Below are positions 40,762-55,098 of a stretch of 64,000 nucleotides of DNA, piece after piece; position 1 is the first letter of the stretch, and each line of letters opens with the position of its first letter. The translations under genes and the position numbers were made by a program. The DNA comes from Tubiluchus corallicola (Eukaryota; Animalia; Priapulida). The notes under the pieces are model-generated. The model did no database searches. It saw only the letters and a list, made by a program, of their open reading frames with translations, and had not been told where the DNA came from. The DNA is taken from contig JAQGDQ010000018.1 of the NCBI GenBank assembly GCA_030141605.1, forward strand, positions 1,240,001 to 1,304,000, written 5' to 3'.

Positions 40762-43700
40762 GTGAGGAGAGGATTGTGGTTAACAATGCATGCAGCGTGC
40801 ACGTTTTTGACATTTTTATTTTAAAAAATAACGTGACTTATAGTAAGACTGTGAGCTTTCTAAGCATCATCCCATATAAGTAATTTCTACAACTGACTGA
40901 TGACTTTATTTAGAAATACTTTAGTTATGAAAGTTATGCTTTTGTGTTATGAAAGTCTTAGTTCTTACCTTACATGGTTGTTACTATGGCAACTTTAGCT
41001 CCTTCATTTATTTTTTTGCCCTATTTTTGCAAAACCGCAAAAGCGCTACGTTTCATCAGACAAGTATTTGAAAGGAAAGAAATTAAAATCTGTTAGCCAT
41101 TCTGATACCCTCATTTTAAAATTTAGAATGTTTAAATCCTTTAATTGTTACAAGTGCTTCTAGATGGAATTAATAAATTTCTTCAAAAGGTCAAAGAAAA
41201 AATAAAATATGTCAGTCTCATTATTAAAGTTAAATTTCCTGTTATTTGCTAAGTGTTGTTAGCGGCAAGTTCTTTTTGTTAGGTGAAAACGATTTTGTAA
41301 TAATAATCGGTCAATATTTGCCGTTTGTGATAAGAACAGTTATAGGATATTGAGGACAAGATAATTACATTCGCGTGGTAGTTGATTCATTTGATTTTTA
41401 GTTCTTTTTACTTGCTCTGCACAAACAACTTTCTCTTAAATTCGAAGTACGTGGATTGTCTGCATGTGAAAATATTTGCTTTTGAAAATTTCAGTGTAAT
41501 TGCCATCGATTGATGATTAGGTATTCTGATGAATCGTTAATTTATTCAGTGACGTCAGTTTTTGTGCACTAACAAATGAGTTTGTACTAGTAATTGATTA
41601 TCGACTAGTATTCACCAGAGACGGTTATAATTAATTCAAAATAGCTGGTGATCTGACTCAATAAATTAGTAATGCGGTTCAGGGTTTCGCCATCAAAGGA
41701 TATATAGTTACAAAAATAGCCTAAAGTAGTTAGGTATTGGTTTTTGAACTTTCATTTGACGAGTCGATTAACTTTTATTTTTAAGCAATGTTAGAGTTAC
41801 ATCAGTTAGTTTGCCGATTGCGTATAAAATGTTTTATCTTTGTAGCTATAACTATCCGTCGTTAGCAGTTGTAAATATAGATTTGCATTGCTAAAATGTG
41901 TAGCGTGTTCGTTTCATTTTCAACATTGTCTATCTCGTTTTCTAGCGTAACTTGACACAGCATTGGCAGCAGGTCTTGCTGTAACAGTACTTTCTCTGAA
42001 TTTCCATTATTTTTCCCCGCAGTGGTGGGTCAGATATAATGAGTCTGAAGCTCTGAGCTGGATCTTGATAAAGGGTGTATTGTTGAGATAGGTCAGGATG
42101 ATATGGCAGCTGTATGCCAAGTGATTTATTATAAGGCTTTATTATATCGTGCATTCGCACTTTGTAGGATAGTTTCCAGAATTTCGCAATATAAGAGTAG
42201 TTTGAGCTCTGTGTTTCATGTCCATGTCGATGACATTGTGTTCAAATTCCGCGTGTGTTTTGAAGGAGGCTCATTTGACGTCAACTGGTTTTGATATTTT
42301 GCACGCCTTTTGAGATATCTGTCTGTTTTTCTGAATTGACGGAAACTGGTTCTTGAGCATGGAAATAATAATTGTCGTGGACAGGCGGTGCTAGTTGACA
42401 CTTCCGATGCTTAAAGGGGTTCCTGATGATTTACCACTGAACTTGAATGTGTTTTAGGCGATTACCGTCACTTAGGTTGCGTTAGCATGAATGTTTTGAA
42501 GAAAAATGAGCACATATTAAGGACTATTGCACCATAATTTTGCACAACTTGTATTATTTTTCGTTTCATTATTGAATACGCGTATTCAAATTATGAAAAG
42601 TTCTTCGAGAGCCTCACTCGGACCACTCTGTCATTAATATTTATAATAGATTTGATAAATTTGATTAAAATCATACCAGGTCGTTATTAGAGGCTAAACG
42701 TAAGAAAACCACGAGAAAACTTCATGAGGCTTTCTGCTAGTTTCATAGTTACTTTTTTCTGTTCAGTTAGTCGGAACACTACACTAGTTTCGTTGTTTTT
42801 GTACATCAGAATCATTGTATGAAATCTTCTGGAACCCGTTTTACTGCGGAAGCGTTCTAATAAGGGACTATTTGGACTGATTGCTCTCGTCTTGAGATCT
42901 TAATGGTTTTATAAAAACAACATCTTGTTTTTCTTAGTTCCATGCATTCATTGTACAATGTTTTAATGAGTGTTCGCACTGTTTATTAGTGTTCGACGTT
43001 CACAGTGAGCCGATTTCGGAAAATTCTAGATAATGCTGCTGTACATATTGGGAACACACAGGACTACTACATCATTTTGTTTAAGATAATTAATTTGCAC
43101 GTACTTCATATTTAAACAGTGGTCCAAGCACGGTGGCTTCAATAGTCTAATGATGTATTTGCTTCCTGTGTATTACACTGATGGTTCAGAGGTATATTCT
43201 AAACTACGTTCATTTTAGATATAAAAATTTAGAACTTTATAATTACATAATATTATGCTATATCTAAGCCGGGTATATATATGCTTGGCACCTTTTAACG
43301 TACACTGTATTGATTATCTTGTGGTGCGTTAGAGTTATGGGAGATTAATTTATTGAAATTTAGTCGATGTGAGCTGAGAGTACAGTATTGTAATATATTA
43401 TATAATATGTTATACGTGCATCGTTGTTGAAACACTCGTGACATTTATTTGACTTTTTTCGAAGCTAAATTAAGTAAGATGAACGTAATTATGCAATTAA
43501 AATAATCTTAAGAAATAACCTCTTTGTAATTTCAGCTTTTTTCCTTATTTTTCAAAATGGTTTTCCTCAGCTAACTAAGAGTGAAAGTATAATTAAGGAA
43601 AATTTTGTGGCATTTTCACAATCTATATATCAGTTTATTTTTACTTATTATTATTAGGACAGGTGTTATGTTGACGATAATCCGCTTTTCCACGTGTATT

Positions 43701-44511
43701 AATGTTATTACTACTCGCATATCAACCTCACACAGGTAATAAATGTCGGAAATATTTTTGTCAAATATATCTGTTGTTTACTCAAATATGTGCGGACAGA
43801 GTGATAATCAATTTCCGTTTTAGTTTTACAAGTTACATCAGGAAATTATCGCCACTCGCAATTAATTTCTGTGAAATTTAACAATTATTGTATAGATTTT
43901 AGTTCCGCAGTTGATTGTGGTTTAACAACCTTTTCATACACCGGATCTAAATGTTTGCAAACTTTTGTGTGTTGTCTCATGTTTAACTTTAAAGGCTTAT
44001 TGACACTCAAGTTTCTTTCAACGCTTTAGCTGGTAGTGTTTAAGTGTTAATGCGCGTAATAAGTGGTTGTAGACTTGCGGTTTTTTGGCCGGCTTAATAG
44101 AAAATTAATCTGAAGGCTTGAGACAGGCTGACCACAAACTGAAAGAACACACAAGTACTCACGACTCATAATGCAAAAATGCAATAGTGTAGGAATTTAC
44201 GTGAAAAGTAAACACGTGTAAGTAATTGTGAATACTTGTATTTTGAAAAAAATGTATCAGCCCGGGGAATTTTTGTGACGAGCCGGCGGCTGAAGTGGAC
44301 GGTTTTATATTCATGGTTTTTATCATTTTCGTGTTGACTTGATTAAAAACTATAAACATTTAACATACTGAAAGGCTGCTTTGTTGAAGCTTTGCTGCAG
44401 GGGTCCTAGAATGGTTGAAAGGGAACAAGGATGGGTGGATTTGTGCCTTTTAACTGCCGAAGCAATAGAAACTAAGCTTATTTGGTCTTTGTAAATAAGT
44501 AAAATAATATT

Positions 44512-44670
<159 letters not shown>

Positions 44671-45780
44671 TACCTATATTATAAATGTAAGTATAAAGTT
44701 GAAATTTCCTACTGTAGTCAAGTAGTAGTCATGTAAAGTAATCTAACTGCTACATTATCGTATTCGTAGGTTGTTATACCTGTACATTATATTGCTACCT
44801 TGTTTAATTTCTGATGCACTCATAGCTAACTAATGATGCGTATGTTTGTATTTGATTGCCTACCCTATATCTAACTGCCTTCAGTCATATATTTGGTATG
44901 TTTTTGTGTCTGGCTTACACATTGTTGAAACATTTTTCACGTTAGAGTTTGGTCACTTGTAGGCGGTGAACTAAAAGTTTACACAACACATCATTTACAC
45001 ATACATATATATATGTATATAACGTTTGGACTTGATATGGATCTTAGCGTAAGGTTATAAGTGTAAATGAAGTATAAAAACATACAATTCGGCAGGCTGT
45101 AAGAGGGTAGTTGTGGAGGCACCGTAACCTAGTTCATTATAAAGGATAATCCACTGAGCTGTGACACTGAACCGGTAGAAATGCTTTAGGCAGATCCTGA
45201 AGCAGATTGTTTTACAGTCGTCTGTTCATTTATTGGCGATACAGCATTGTTTCATATATATGACATAAAGAACTATACCATAATTTCATATTAGCTTATA
45301 CAACGTAATAATTAAAATACTGCAATCTGCAGCATTTTAAGTTCTGCATTCAGCATCGCTGTTATCGTTTAATTTAGTGGTTTATTTATTGTTTCTTCGT
45401 CTCCTGCTACGTTTATTGACTTATTACTTGTGTTATATCCTGAGCATGCACATTGTCTTTGGCGAAAATTATAAATTCAGGCCCATAAGCTCTACGTGAT
45501 TCTACTTTTGTACACACCCAATTCTGCGAAAATTTCGCACTCTGTTTTAAATTTTTCCTGGAACTCGTCTTGTTCGCTTAAAAATTGGTTTACTGGTTGA
45601 AATTTGGTCGAAATTTCATTGTGATGCAACGCAGTAATGGTGCATTTGCATCCACAAAGTAAACAAACTTGTGATCTTCTTTTAAAGTTGTATCTATAGT
45701 GCGTACTCGGCTCGGCACATCCCGTTAGCAAATTAACTTATTAATACTTGAGACGTGTAACATTTTTTACTTTTTTTCAG

Positions 45781-45925
45781 CGGTTTTGGTTGCGGAGGTA
45801 TGTATCGGTTATGTCACTTAAAGATGTGGGTAAGAAAAGATCATATGCATCCACAGACGCGCTGCCACGTAGCAGATCGTTTGGTGGCTTCTTGAACAGT
45901 TACCCAAGCAACACATTCTTAGCTG
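45781..45925 (+). CDS. RIPOR: RIPOR/FAM65 common exon (RFWLRRYVSVMSLKDVGKKRSYASTDALPRSRSFGGFLNSYPSNTFLA)
   Basis: Strong tttttttcag acceptor and G|GTAAGT donor, phase 0/1. RSRSFGGF matches the RIPOR RSxSF(A/G)GF motif. In-frame ATG at 45811. Confidence 0.85.
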
Positions 45926-47245
45926 GTAAGTACCATAAGTGCTTAAATTAAGCATAAAACCTTCATTTTGATTTTAAATTTTGATAGTCCAGATCTTTTT
46001 ACTTAATACGAATCGACGATTTTTCTTTTTCTGTTGTATAGACAAACTCATATCTCATAACTGTTTTTATAATAGTGAGGATCTCAAAACTGACTCTGAG
46101 AAGTACAAAAATATAGAGATTAACCTTTAAGAATCTGACTTGCCTAAAAGATGCTTTTTTAGTTGTTTAAACTTGTTTGTTAACTTGTTTCTTATTGTAA
46201 ACGCCAACTTTTAACTTCATATACCAATCTCTGTTTATACATCGCTTATGGATTAGGGTACACCGCTCCATTTTTGTGTGTATGTTAATTAGCAGGTACC
46301 CAAGCTATTGTCACAAACTTTATGGCTAGACTTTTATTGGCCGTTTCACCACAAACTTCCGTATGTGAACTGTTTACCGAGGTCGCATCACTTGAGCTGA
46401 TAGTTTTTGTCTAAAAGGGGTGTAAACATTTTAGTCTTGTTCTTGAACATTTAACACTAGAGCAATGGTAGAACAATTTCGTGTTGACCTTTCTCTGTAC
46501 ATTTGTACTGTTTGTGTTGAAGAAAACGCTCATGTAATTAATTTTATTGGTATTAACATTACCTATAGTGAAGTTTCGGAATTATCTTGCTGAATTTCAG
46601 TGTTATTTTTCATGGTTACTGTACATATTGTTTGGAGAGTTTTTCATCTCCAACAGTAATGCGCGAAAGTTCTTGATGAGAATTTTAGTGTAACAATAAC
46701 GGAGCTATGCAATAAACTGTACTTGTGGTATCCGTGAGTAATTTGACAGATGAGCACCTAATTTACATAACTTGCATTGACGTTGTCAGATATTTTAGCG
46801 GTTTATCTGGAAGCTTAATCCTTATGTAGTTTGAATAGGAGAAAATAGTTCTGTAGGTCATGCAGCAGAGAGGATATTACAATCGAGGACAGAATTTACA
46901 AGTTATTTTGTAAGGTTTTGTTTGACTTTGAAATTATTTGGAATTCTCTCTGTCTGCGCGTAGATGTCAATGACCAACCGTGCGTCAGTCAACGTTATTG
47001 TTGTTGAGAAAGTATGAAGGAAAACTGCAAGCAAAACGTGGCCAAGTCGACAGTTTATAAGATTGAACCTGTACAAGAACAGTTCAAGTCAAAGCTGGAT
47101 ATTTTGTGAATACTCAGCGATATAGCGAAATCTGGATTTTAGTGTTCTAAGGCATACAGGGGGCATGCTTGTTTGAAGTACTTCTCTTGGAGATTTGATG
47201 CCGTTGATATCAGAAATGTTTTCGGTTCGGTGCAAGACTTGGTAT

Positions 47246-47294
47246 ATGGAAGACTATTTAATAGATATATTTTTTTACAATTTGGAAAAAAATG
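47246..47294 (+). CDS. RIPOR: Candidate internal alternative first exon of RIPOR (MEDYLIDIFFYNLEKN)
   Basis: ATGG start, G|GTAAGA donor, phase 1 matching the acceptor of exon 49554. Confidence 0.45.
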
Positions 47295-48532
47295 GTAAGA
47301 ATTTTTACTTAACGTTACTCAGCTTCTGTAACACAAATGTTCTTTTCGGTTTTGTGTGTATGCTTTCTATTTACCGCATTGTTAAGAATAATGCTACCAA
47401 TATCGAACAAACGTTCATTTGGTTATAATATAAAAGTGATAAGAATTTGTTTATCTGCGCTATTTTAAGTAGTCTCATCTTCACTGAAAGATTTTGATCA
47501 CCCTTACAGTACTGTAAGTTTTTAAATGCTTGTTCCATACTTTTTGTTTCTGCGAGAAATCACATCACCTCTTTTAATCAGCTAATTTCATCGTATGGCA
47601 CTGCATAATTGAATCGTATCACAGTCTACATATACATTAATCAATCATGTACAATAAAGCGTTACAACAACCTAAACATTGATTTGTTTCGAAATTGCGT
47701 GATAGTAATACTACATTTTACAGCCTGTATATAGTAGAACTGCAGTTAATGATTCCTATATAAGTAGTGTCAATTAATAAAATGCTTTATTCTTAAGTAT
47801 CTTTAAGCAGTATCACTGTTAGAAATCGTTCTTTCTAATTGCTTTCTTTATGTCCATTGTTATATGTTTTTCTGTAAACTCGCTAATTGTGAGTTACAAG
47901 CCTCGAATAAATGTGAATACACAAATTATACGACCCTGGCCTTTCTAATAGCACTTGAGATCATTTACGTGGGTGTAACGTTTGCATGTTACTGCTTCTT
48001 CAACTGGCTAATGAGTGTAGTGGTGCGTTTTCTGCTGTTCCAATTTTTTTCTCTAAGTAGATCAACTTGTTCTTACATCGGTGTTACGTGCCTGTGTAAT
48101 TAAACAACCTCACTGTGTTTTGTGTGCAAATGTTCCGCAATAATTACTGCACGTTCAAGGACTTTGCTTTCAGTTCCTCCCTTCAACAGTTCAAGCGTCG
48201 AGTGGCGTAGTTGGGAACCAGTGAATTAAATTTAATTTTTGTGATCTTATCAGCTTTCGTGTGCTCGTCGTATTTGTGGTTTTTGCTTTAGTGTTTTGCT
48301 GTCTAAAGGTAGCATAGGAGTTTGAAATGCGCTAATATGTTGCTGACATCTTCACGTTCATAATAATGATTTGATGTGTCAAGTTTTGCGATTACGTAAT
48401 TGCTGTTGGGATGGGTATCTCTGTTGTACTTCGGCCTCTCCTGTGCACTTACGGTATTCACACAGGTTTGCACTTATCCGCACTAAAATGACTTTGAATT
48501 TTTAATGCGCCGTAGTTAATTGTAGACTTTTA

Positions 48533-48666
48533 TAATTGGACTTATGATCTTAGGTTCTTAGTTTTTCTTTAGTCTAATAATTGGACTTATGATCGTGGGT
48601 TCTTAGTTTTTCTTTAATCTAATAATTGGACTTATGATCGTGGGTTCTTAGTTTTTCTTTAATCTA
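48533..48666. repeat. Tandem repeat, 45-bp unit x3
   Basis: taattggacttatgatc(tta/gtg)ggttcttagtttttcttta(g/a)tctaa starts at 48533, 48578 and 48623. Confidence 0.95.
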
Positions 48667-49553
48667 TTATGACCACATTTGCGATTGAAATTACAAACTT
48701 TGGGGCGCTTTACGTTATAAAATTTAGTCACGAATACCGAAGACTGGACTTATTTTTACAAGCTGCATATGCGTCTAATAAATTTATGGGTTGCTATTAA
48801 AACATTGTACTTAATGAGCGGTGTTAGACATTTGATTTTCTTCTGATTTTCAACGTAATTTCATAGCTTATTTGAGTATCTTTAGTATTTTGGTCAGTTC
48901 CTCAAACTAATCATATCCGCTTCACTAATGTACATACAGCCTACTGGTTTAGTCAGTACCGAAATAATACAAGGAAAGGCAACAAGCATTTCTACCTGTG
49001 TGGTTAGGATGTTGTTACATGGATCTTCTCGCCAGAAAGTGTTTGACTGACCTGCTGGATCACTTACTGTTTTGGGATGGCTTGTGTAAAACAATGTCAG
49101 GGGTCTGATGCGAGCAAAATGATAAATGATGGACCATGTGAAACCAGTGTACTATACAGTGGAGAGTAAAATTAGAGTTTATAATTTTATTGGAATCCAC
49201 TTATGACATTGGCTAATTGTTTTGTCTCAAAAGGTGATTAAACGAAAAACCAAATGAAAGCAATCATGATTTGCTTCTTTTTAATATAATTCAATTTTTC
49301 TCCAAGTAAGGAAATGCAAGTTGATTAAGGAAGCCTTCTGATGAATGATTGCGTTAATAGTATAATTTGACAAAATAACATCCAGGTCATACTAAATTGT
49401 TAAAAACTAACTTGTTTTAAACATTTGTCGTGCGATTATTATGCGAATACTGGTTTTCACACTTTTCACTGAAACTTGTATTAGTATTTTCACGTCATTC
49501 AACGAACTGTTAATGCCCAGTTTGTTTAAGTTCCGTGTTTAATCATTTTTCAG

Positions 49554-49704
49554 ATTGCGATTTTTACCGACCAGGCATGAGCAGTAAATTGACACCTGGG
49601 TTACGAAAGGGTTGGAGTTTCACCAGGTCAGCTCCGAAGTTACCAAAGGTGCCTCGCCCGCAACGAGCTCTGCTGATTTTTGATAGTGTGATTAGTGGGT
49701 TGAG
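49554..49704 (+). CDS. RIPOR: RIPOR exon (DCDFYRPGMSSKLTPGLRKGWSFTRSAPKLPKVPRPQRALLIFDSVISGLR)
   Basis: tttttcag acceptor and AG|GTAGGT donor, phase 1/2. PK.P.P.R...F..V..GL matches the FAM65 N-terminal domain. Confidence 0.9.
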
Positions 49705-50407
49705 GTAGGTCAACTATTTGTGTTTTTTTTAATCAATTATTCTCATCAATTGGTCATGCAAGTAACTGTCACTGTGACTTTTTGACTTCTATCCTGTAGG
49801 TAGTAGCAATGGTTCTAAAATTTGACAAGGTTAATGTATTAAGCCAAAGTTTGAAATAAATAGGGTTTAGGTCACTGATGTGAAACATTTCTTTTGACTT
49901 AATATGTATTGTGATAGGCAACGAAATTGTACGGCAAAAATTATATAGACTCTGGATCGCAATTTACCTCACTATATTAATCACTTAGAATATTTTTTAA
50001 TTAACTCTGCATAGGGTAAAAAACAAAGAGCATCAAATCTTAATGACCATCGAGTTCTCTGATATACTCCTGAAACAGAATGTTGTATATGGCAGATCAT
50101 CTTTTTCATTTGAAGCAAAGAAGTCTTTAGATGTGTCTGCAATTCAAATAGTTTATGAAGCAGTTTGTATTATATATTCGTTTGCATATTGTTTGTAATT
50201 TATCTAGGTATTGAACATTAATGTATTTGCGTTTAAAAAAAATACACTTGTGTTCGATTATGGGTAGTCAGTAAAAATATTAGCCCATTTTTACTTTAAA
50301 AACCAGTTGTTGTAAGACGAATAGTTTTTTTCATTACAGTTGCAAATATTACACGAATGATTGAATAAACTACTATATCAGTTCTCTTTTAATTGTGTTT
50401 TTTGCAG

Positions 50408-50477
50408 GAATACTATTAACTTAAAAAACGAAGAAATTACAAACTTGAAAGATAAAGATTCTATAGATGCTTCACAG
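50408..50477 (+). CDS. RIPOR: RIPOR exon (NTINLKNEEITNLKDKDSIDASQ)
   Basis: ttttttgcag acceptor and CAG|GTTAGT donor, phase 2/0; coiled-coil-like. Confidence 0.85.
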
Positions 50478-50578
50478 GTTAGTAAAGCGTGTTTCGTACT
50501 AAGTGCTTGAATTTTCATTGCCATAAATAATTCTCAGTTCATTTGGCTTAAAATTGTAATAGTCTGACTTCTTAAATA

Positions 50579-50889
50579 CAGGTAGTCATCGACTTACCAC
50601 CTTTACAAGTTACAACATACGACTGTTCGACTTTCTGACCCGACCTCAACTTAACCAAATATAATAACTAATAATAATTCATATTTCCTTCTTTTTAAGC
50701 AAATTAATTTTAAATTTACATCTGTTTCAATAAACTCATCCATAAATGCCTCCATTGCCATAGCGCTTACACACCTTACTCCTGAAATATAGGGGTGTAC
50801 TACTTAAACTAACTACCCGACTTGGATATGCAAGTCGTCTTATGACCATTCATCCAGAATCAATTAAGGCTGTTGCTTGGTGACTACAC
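50579..50889. mobile_element. Degenerate Tc1/mariner-pogo (Tigger-like) MITE
   Basis: TA|CAGGTAGTCATCGACTTAC left end, internal cgactt repeats, decayed gactac right end. Confidence 0.4.
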
Positions 50890-52870
50890 CCAATTTTAGG
50901 CCTTCAGAAAAATATTGACTGCAAACGCTTACTTTTACACTATCAGTATATTGATGAAGTTAGTACATGAAGATTGTATTGCATATTATACTTTACTATT
51001 ATTATACAAAGGTAGTACTACATACCGGAACTAGGATGACATTTTGTGAATACTGGATTCAAAATTGAGGTACTTGGAAAGTAGTCGAAATTGAAACCAG
51101 AAATTTTATTTAGTGTGAATTGCGAGAGCTTATTTCTCTTTTCTTATATAGTTGTAAATCAAAGAAATTCTAAAAAGTCATTCTTGTCGAGAGCACCACT
51201 CTCCATACTGTTTATACACATATTTATAAAGAGAACTTCCTGTCGTTTCCAAAGGATCCAATTTCTAATGAAATTTTAAATACAAACCATTTAGGCATGC
51301 AATATCTGTAGATAAAGAATGCACACTAAATGTCATATCATGCAGAGATCGAATTACTTAAGTTACCATAGATTTGATCCTATTGTATTGTATGTAATCT
51401 ACAGTTTATGATTTATGTGGCTAGCAGTTGGTGCAGTTAACCTCATTCCTTGAGGCAAAGGGGCGTAGGATGAACATTCATTGAAGTATTTTCTGTTAGC
51501 TTTGTTTGTCACAATAAATCTGTTACTATTTGAGTTGCATCAGTCTTTTGAGTAATTTGAAAAGACTGGCGTGGCGCTTCATATACCCGAACGATTGCTA
51601 TATCCTCTGATTGTTGGAAAACGGTAACTTTGTAACTTTTGTCTTTTGATAAAGAATTTGTAATTTCGTAAAGGGTTTAAGGAACACCAATTGATGCGGC
51701 ATAAATGTGTAAGTATTGAAAGCAAAATTACTAGTGACAGTTATAATCTAGTGGTTCCAATTGGGCAATTTCTAAGAAGTGGATTATGTAGTTGACCCAG
51801 TGGGCATTGGTGAATAGTTTTTGATGTATACAAAATATTCTTGAACAAGTAACAAGTGCTTTCTCGTCAGTTTATAAATTTATATGATAGATGCCATCGT
51901 GAAGAAATTAAGCCAATAGGCGTCTTGGTGCTAAGAATCCTAATTGTAGTGCTTGCTTATATCGAATAACATTAGACTGTGATTCGTTTAGAAATTTGCT
52001 TATTTTAATACTCTTTCTCTACATTTAGGCTATTTGTTTTGTATATAATCTCAACTGGTGATAAAAAACGTCCATATTACGATGAAGATGTAGTTAAAGT
52101 TTGAGATAAATGTTTGAGAAATTGTGATTTTTTTGCCGTGCTTATTCTTAAAGTAAGTTAACTTATTTGCATTGTTGAAGTTAGCCATTGCAAAAGATCA
52201 GGTCTTGAGTGGATTTCTGTCTGTGGTTGTTTGCCATCCTTCTCTGATATTGTATGTTTTACTGTTTTCCATCAGTTTACTCACTGTGCCTATACCAAAA
52301 GTCGTTCACGTAAATGTGTGTCAGTAGTCTCACACAAAGGCACTTATAATGGTTGCGGGCAGCTGCTAGCCTTTTGTATATACCTGTAAGTGCTCTTTCA
52401 CTTTCCATTTGCTAATTTCCCAATACATAATTTGCTAATTAATTACTGAGGTGCAATTGGGCAGCCATTTCATCGTTTGATATATAGTTTCATGTTGCCC
52501 AAGTGTAATTAGGTCGCACTGTAAAAAAATCGTTTTTGTAATGGTTTGAAGTGTGGATCCTTCTATTCTAAAGTAATTGTGTAAATGCGGGATATAGTAA
52601 TTGTAGTTTTTGAAGGTTTATTTGAAATAATGCACGTCTGAGAGTAAGGTAAATATTTAAAAAAAGTTAAACAACTTACAAGTTGAGTGTCATCGTTTCT
52701 TAGAGATGTAATTAATAACGTTTGTATAAGTTTTTGAAATAATTGATGTAGTTTAAATTTTTATTAAAAACCTTGTTAATCGAAGCCATTGATGCGAAGA
52801 CTGATGCTAAACTTCTCTTTTTGAGAGTTATAAGTGATTAGAAGAGATGTAATTTTCGTCTCTTGTGCAG

Positions 52871-52879
52871 GCTGTACAG
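52871..52879 (+). CDS. RIPOR: Candidate 9-nt RIPOR microexon (AVQ)
   Basis: ttttcgtctcttgtgcag|GCTGTACAG|gtaata; phase 0/0. Confidence 0.6.
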
Positions 52880-54510
52880 GTAATACTTTGTTAGCTTCTG
52901 TTGGGGGTGATGGCCTTGCCTATAACTATGGAGGCTGTGACATTTATTGATGGCACTATGCATTGTTTACTATGTGTTGTATTCCATGATGTTGCTGATG
53001 CATGACTTTATAATGTTCATTATGTTTGCTGCGCTTGTATATACTAGCAGCTACGGTTGTAATAAACTACATGTATCCTTCATATTGTTATTGTGTGATA
53101 GAACTTATTTTACATGGCGTTTTTGATGTAAAGGCTGAAATTTAGTGTTATGTATCATGACTTTTTGTAATGCTAACAATGGATGTTGGTTGTCTAAATT
53201 TACGATAATCATGATGGATTATTGAATGATGTTGAAGTACTTTATATATTCTGTTGTTCTCCCTTTAGTGTAGAATTTTTAAAATTGCAATAAATTATAT
53301 CCATTATTAGGTATTACTTAGCGATATTTTTTGCATCCATTTCTAAAATTTCTTGGAATGCTTTCTGTAAAACTGTTCAAAGTCTCCATTAATTTGATAG
53401 CTTTAGACTGGATTATAGGAAATCGTCGAATAGACTGGATTACAGGAAATGAGCCATTGGACTACATAAAAATTTTGCTACATGTTACACCAACATAATT
53501 ACACTTAACGGTAACATAGGCATCATGTGCAACGGTAACGCTTAACAGGCAACATTTACACTTAAACAGAGGCTTTACGTCTAATACAAAGTGACTTATG
53601 TCTTGGGTTTGTTTGGCTACATGTTTCTTAGAGCATCGATTTGCAATATTGTCACAAATCAACTCTTAATTCTATTAGTTGTGGCATGATATAAATGCGC
53701 TTTAACCCCTCATCACACTAAATGGTGCTTCTTGGACTATCGAAGGTGGAGGTAGAAGTATCGATGCCAAAAATCAATTACATTAAATATCACTTAATTT
53801 TCTCAGATTAAGTAGCCAAATATTGTTATTGATTACATGTTCATTTTATCGAGCACTAATATAATTAGTGATATTAGTGATCCTCGCCTCACTTTTTTGC
53901 TGATTTATTTTTGCATCATCGTATTGATGATTGACACAATGGCAAAAATAATTTTTTGTAGTATAGTACATATATCTGTTAAGACCACCACTGCTCCTGA
54001 CATGAAACAAGAATAATTGCTCTACACAGGCACCAGACTAAAAGTTCATGACCTTTAACCTTTAACTTTTTTAGTCTGAGACCTTTAACGGGGACATTTT
54101 AGTTATAAATGCAGAGTGCTTCAAAGATTAATGATAGCAAATAACGCTGTAGTAACAAAGTTATTTCTGAAAACATTTTCTAGAAACGCGATGTAACCAA
54201 AACATTTTGTTTTGATTTAATTCGAAGTAGTTTGTTCTAACAGTTCTGTTCTGAATTTGATTAATTGTTATTTTCTATTAGTTGAGAGTGATTTGGTTGC
54301 ATAACACACATACATGTATCTACCATTAACGGCAATGTCGCCTTTTTTACATAGAAATAATAATTACTATGTTGTACAAGTAGGCTTCTACTGTGTTAGT
54401 AGATTAATAGTAAATTAATATTGTGAATGCATATTAACTTATATGTTATATTTTTATAAGCTGTAGTTTATTTTCATATTTGTAAACTTTGTTTTCAATA
54501 TTCTCTGCAG

Positions 54511-54521
54511 CAACCACGTCA
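54511..54521 (+). CDS. RIPOR: Candidate 11-nt RIPOR microexon (QPR+CA)
   Basis: tttgttttcaatattctctgcag|CAACCACGTCA|gtaaat; phase 0/2. Confidence 0.45.
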
Positions 54522-54973
54522 GTAAATGTGGTTTAAACGTGCATCTGTGTGCTATATTAACGAAATTAATTATGCCAAAAGGCTTTGTATTTGATGCTGG
54601 TACTTAAGGTGCACCTTCATGTAACTAGGTTAGTTTGGTTTCCTGGTGGCAGCAGCTGTTATTCTTAATAGGAAATCAATGTTTTCAGTTGTGCGCTCCT
54701 ATTGGTTTCTTATTTATTGGAAGAAGTTTACTTTAAATTTTGTTTTTACAGGGGTTCAATTTTATCTTTTCGTTCAGTCCAAGCTGTCATTTGTTCTGTT
54801 TCTCACTTGTTATGATATTATTTTGAACATCGACTCATTCAAAGGTGTTAGAGTCTTCTATAATGATGTATAGAAAACCTTACATAAAGTACATACAGTA
54901 TCACTATCCTACAAAGCTAGCAAACACTTGGCTTTAAAACTTTGAAAAGATGTCATTATCCGGTATAAAGCAA

Positions 54974-54990
54974 ATGCCTAGGTGGCACTG
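54974..54990 (+). promoter_or_regulatory. CTCF-like motif
   Basis: ATGCCTAGGTGGCACTG; 3' core matches, 5' part diverged. Confidence 0.3.
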
Positions 54991-55085
54991 ACGTCATTGT
55001 AAGCTTTGTAGGTGGTAATGAACAAGCCAATATTTTATCTGGCTTTTATATTTATGTTTCTTAGTTAATGTCTAATTACCTGTAG

Positions 55086-55098
55086 ACTTCCTATTGAG
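55086..55098 (+). CDS. RIPOR: Candidate 13-nt RIPOR microexon (A+LPIE)
   Basis: ctaattacctgtag|ACTTCCTATTGAG|gtaagt; CTAAT branch-like motif and consensus donor; phase 2/0. Confidence 0.5.

Noticed and set aside
43668-43741. ATG...CAG|GTAATA candidate first exon
   Set aside because: Available ATGs give phase 1 or 2, out of frame with exon 45781.
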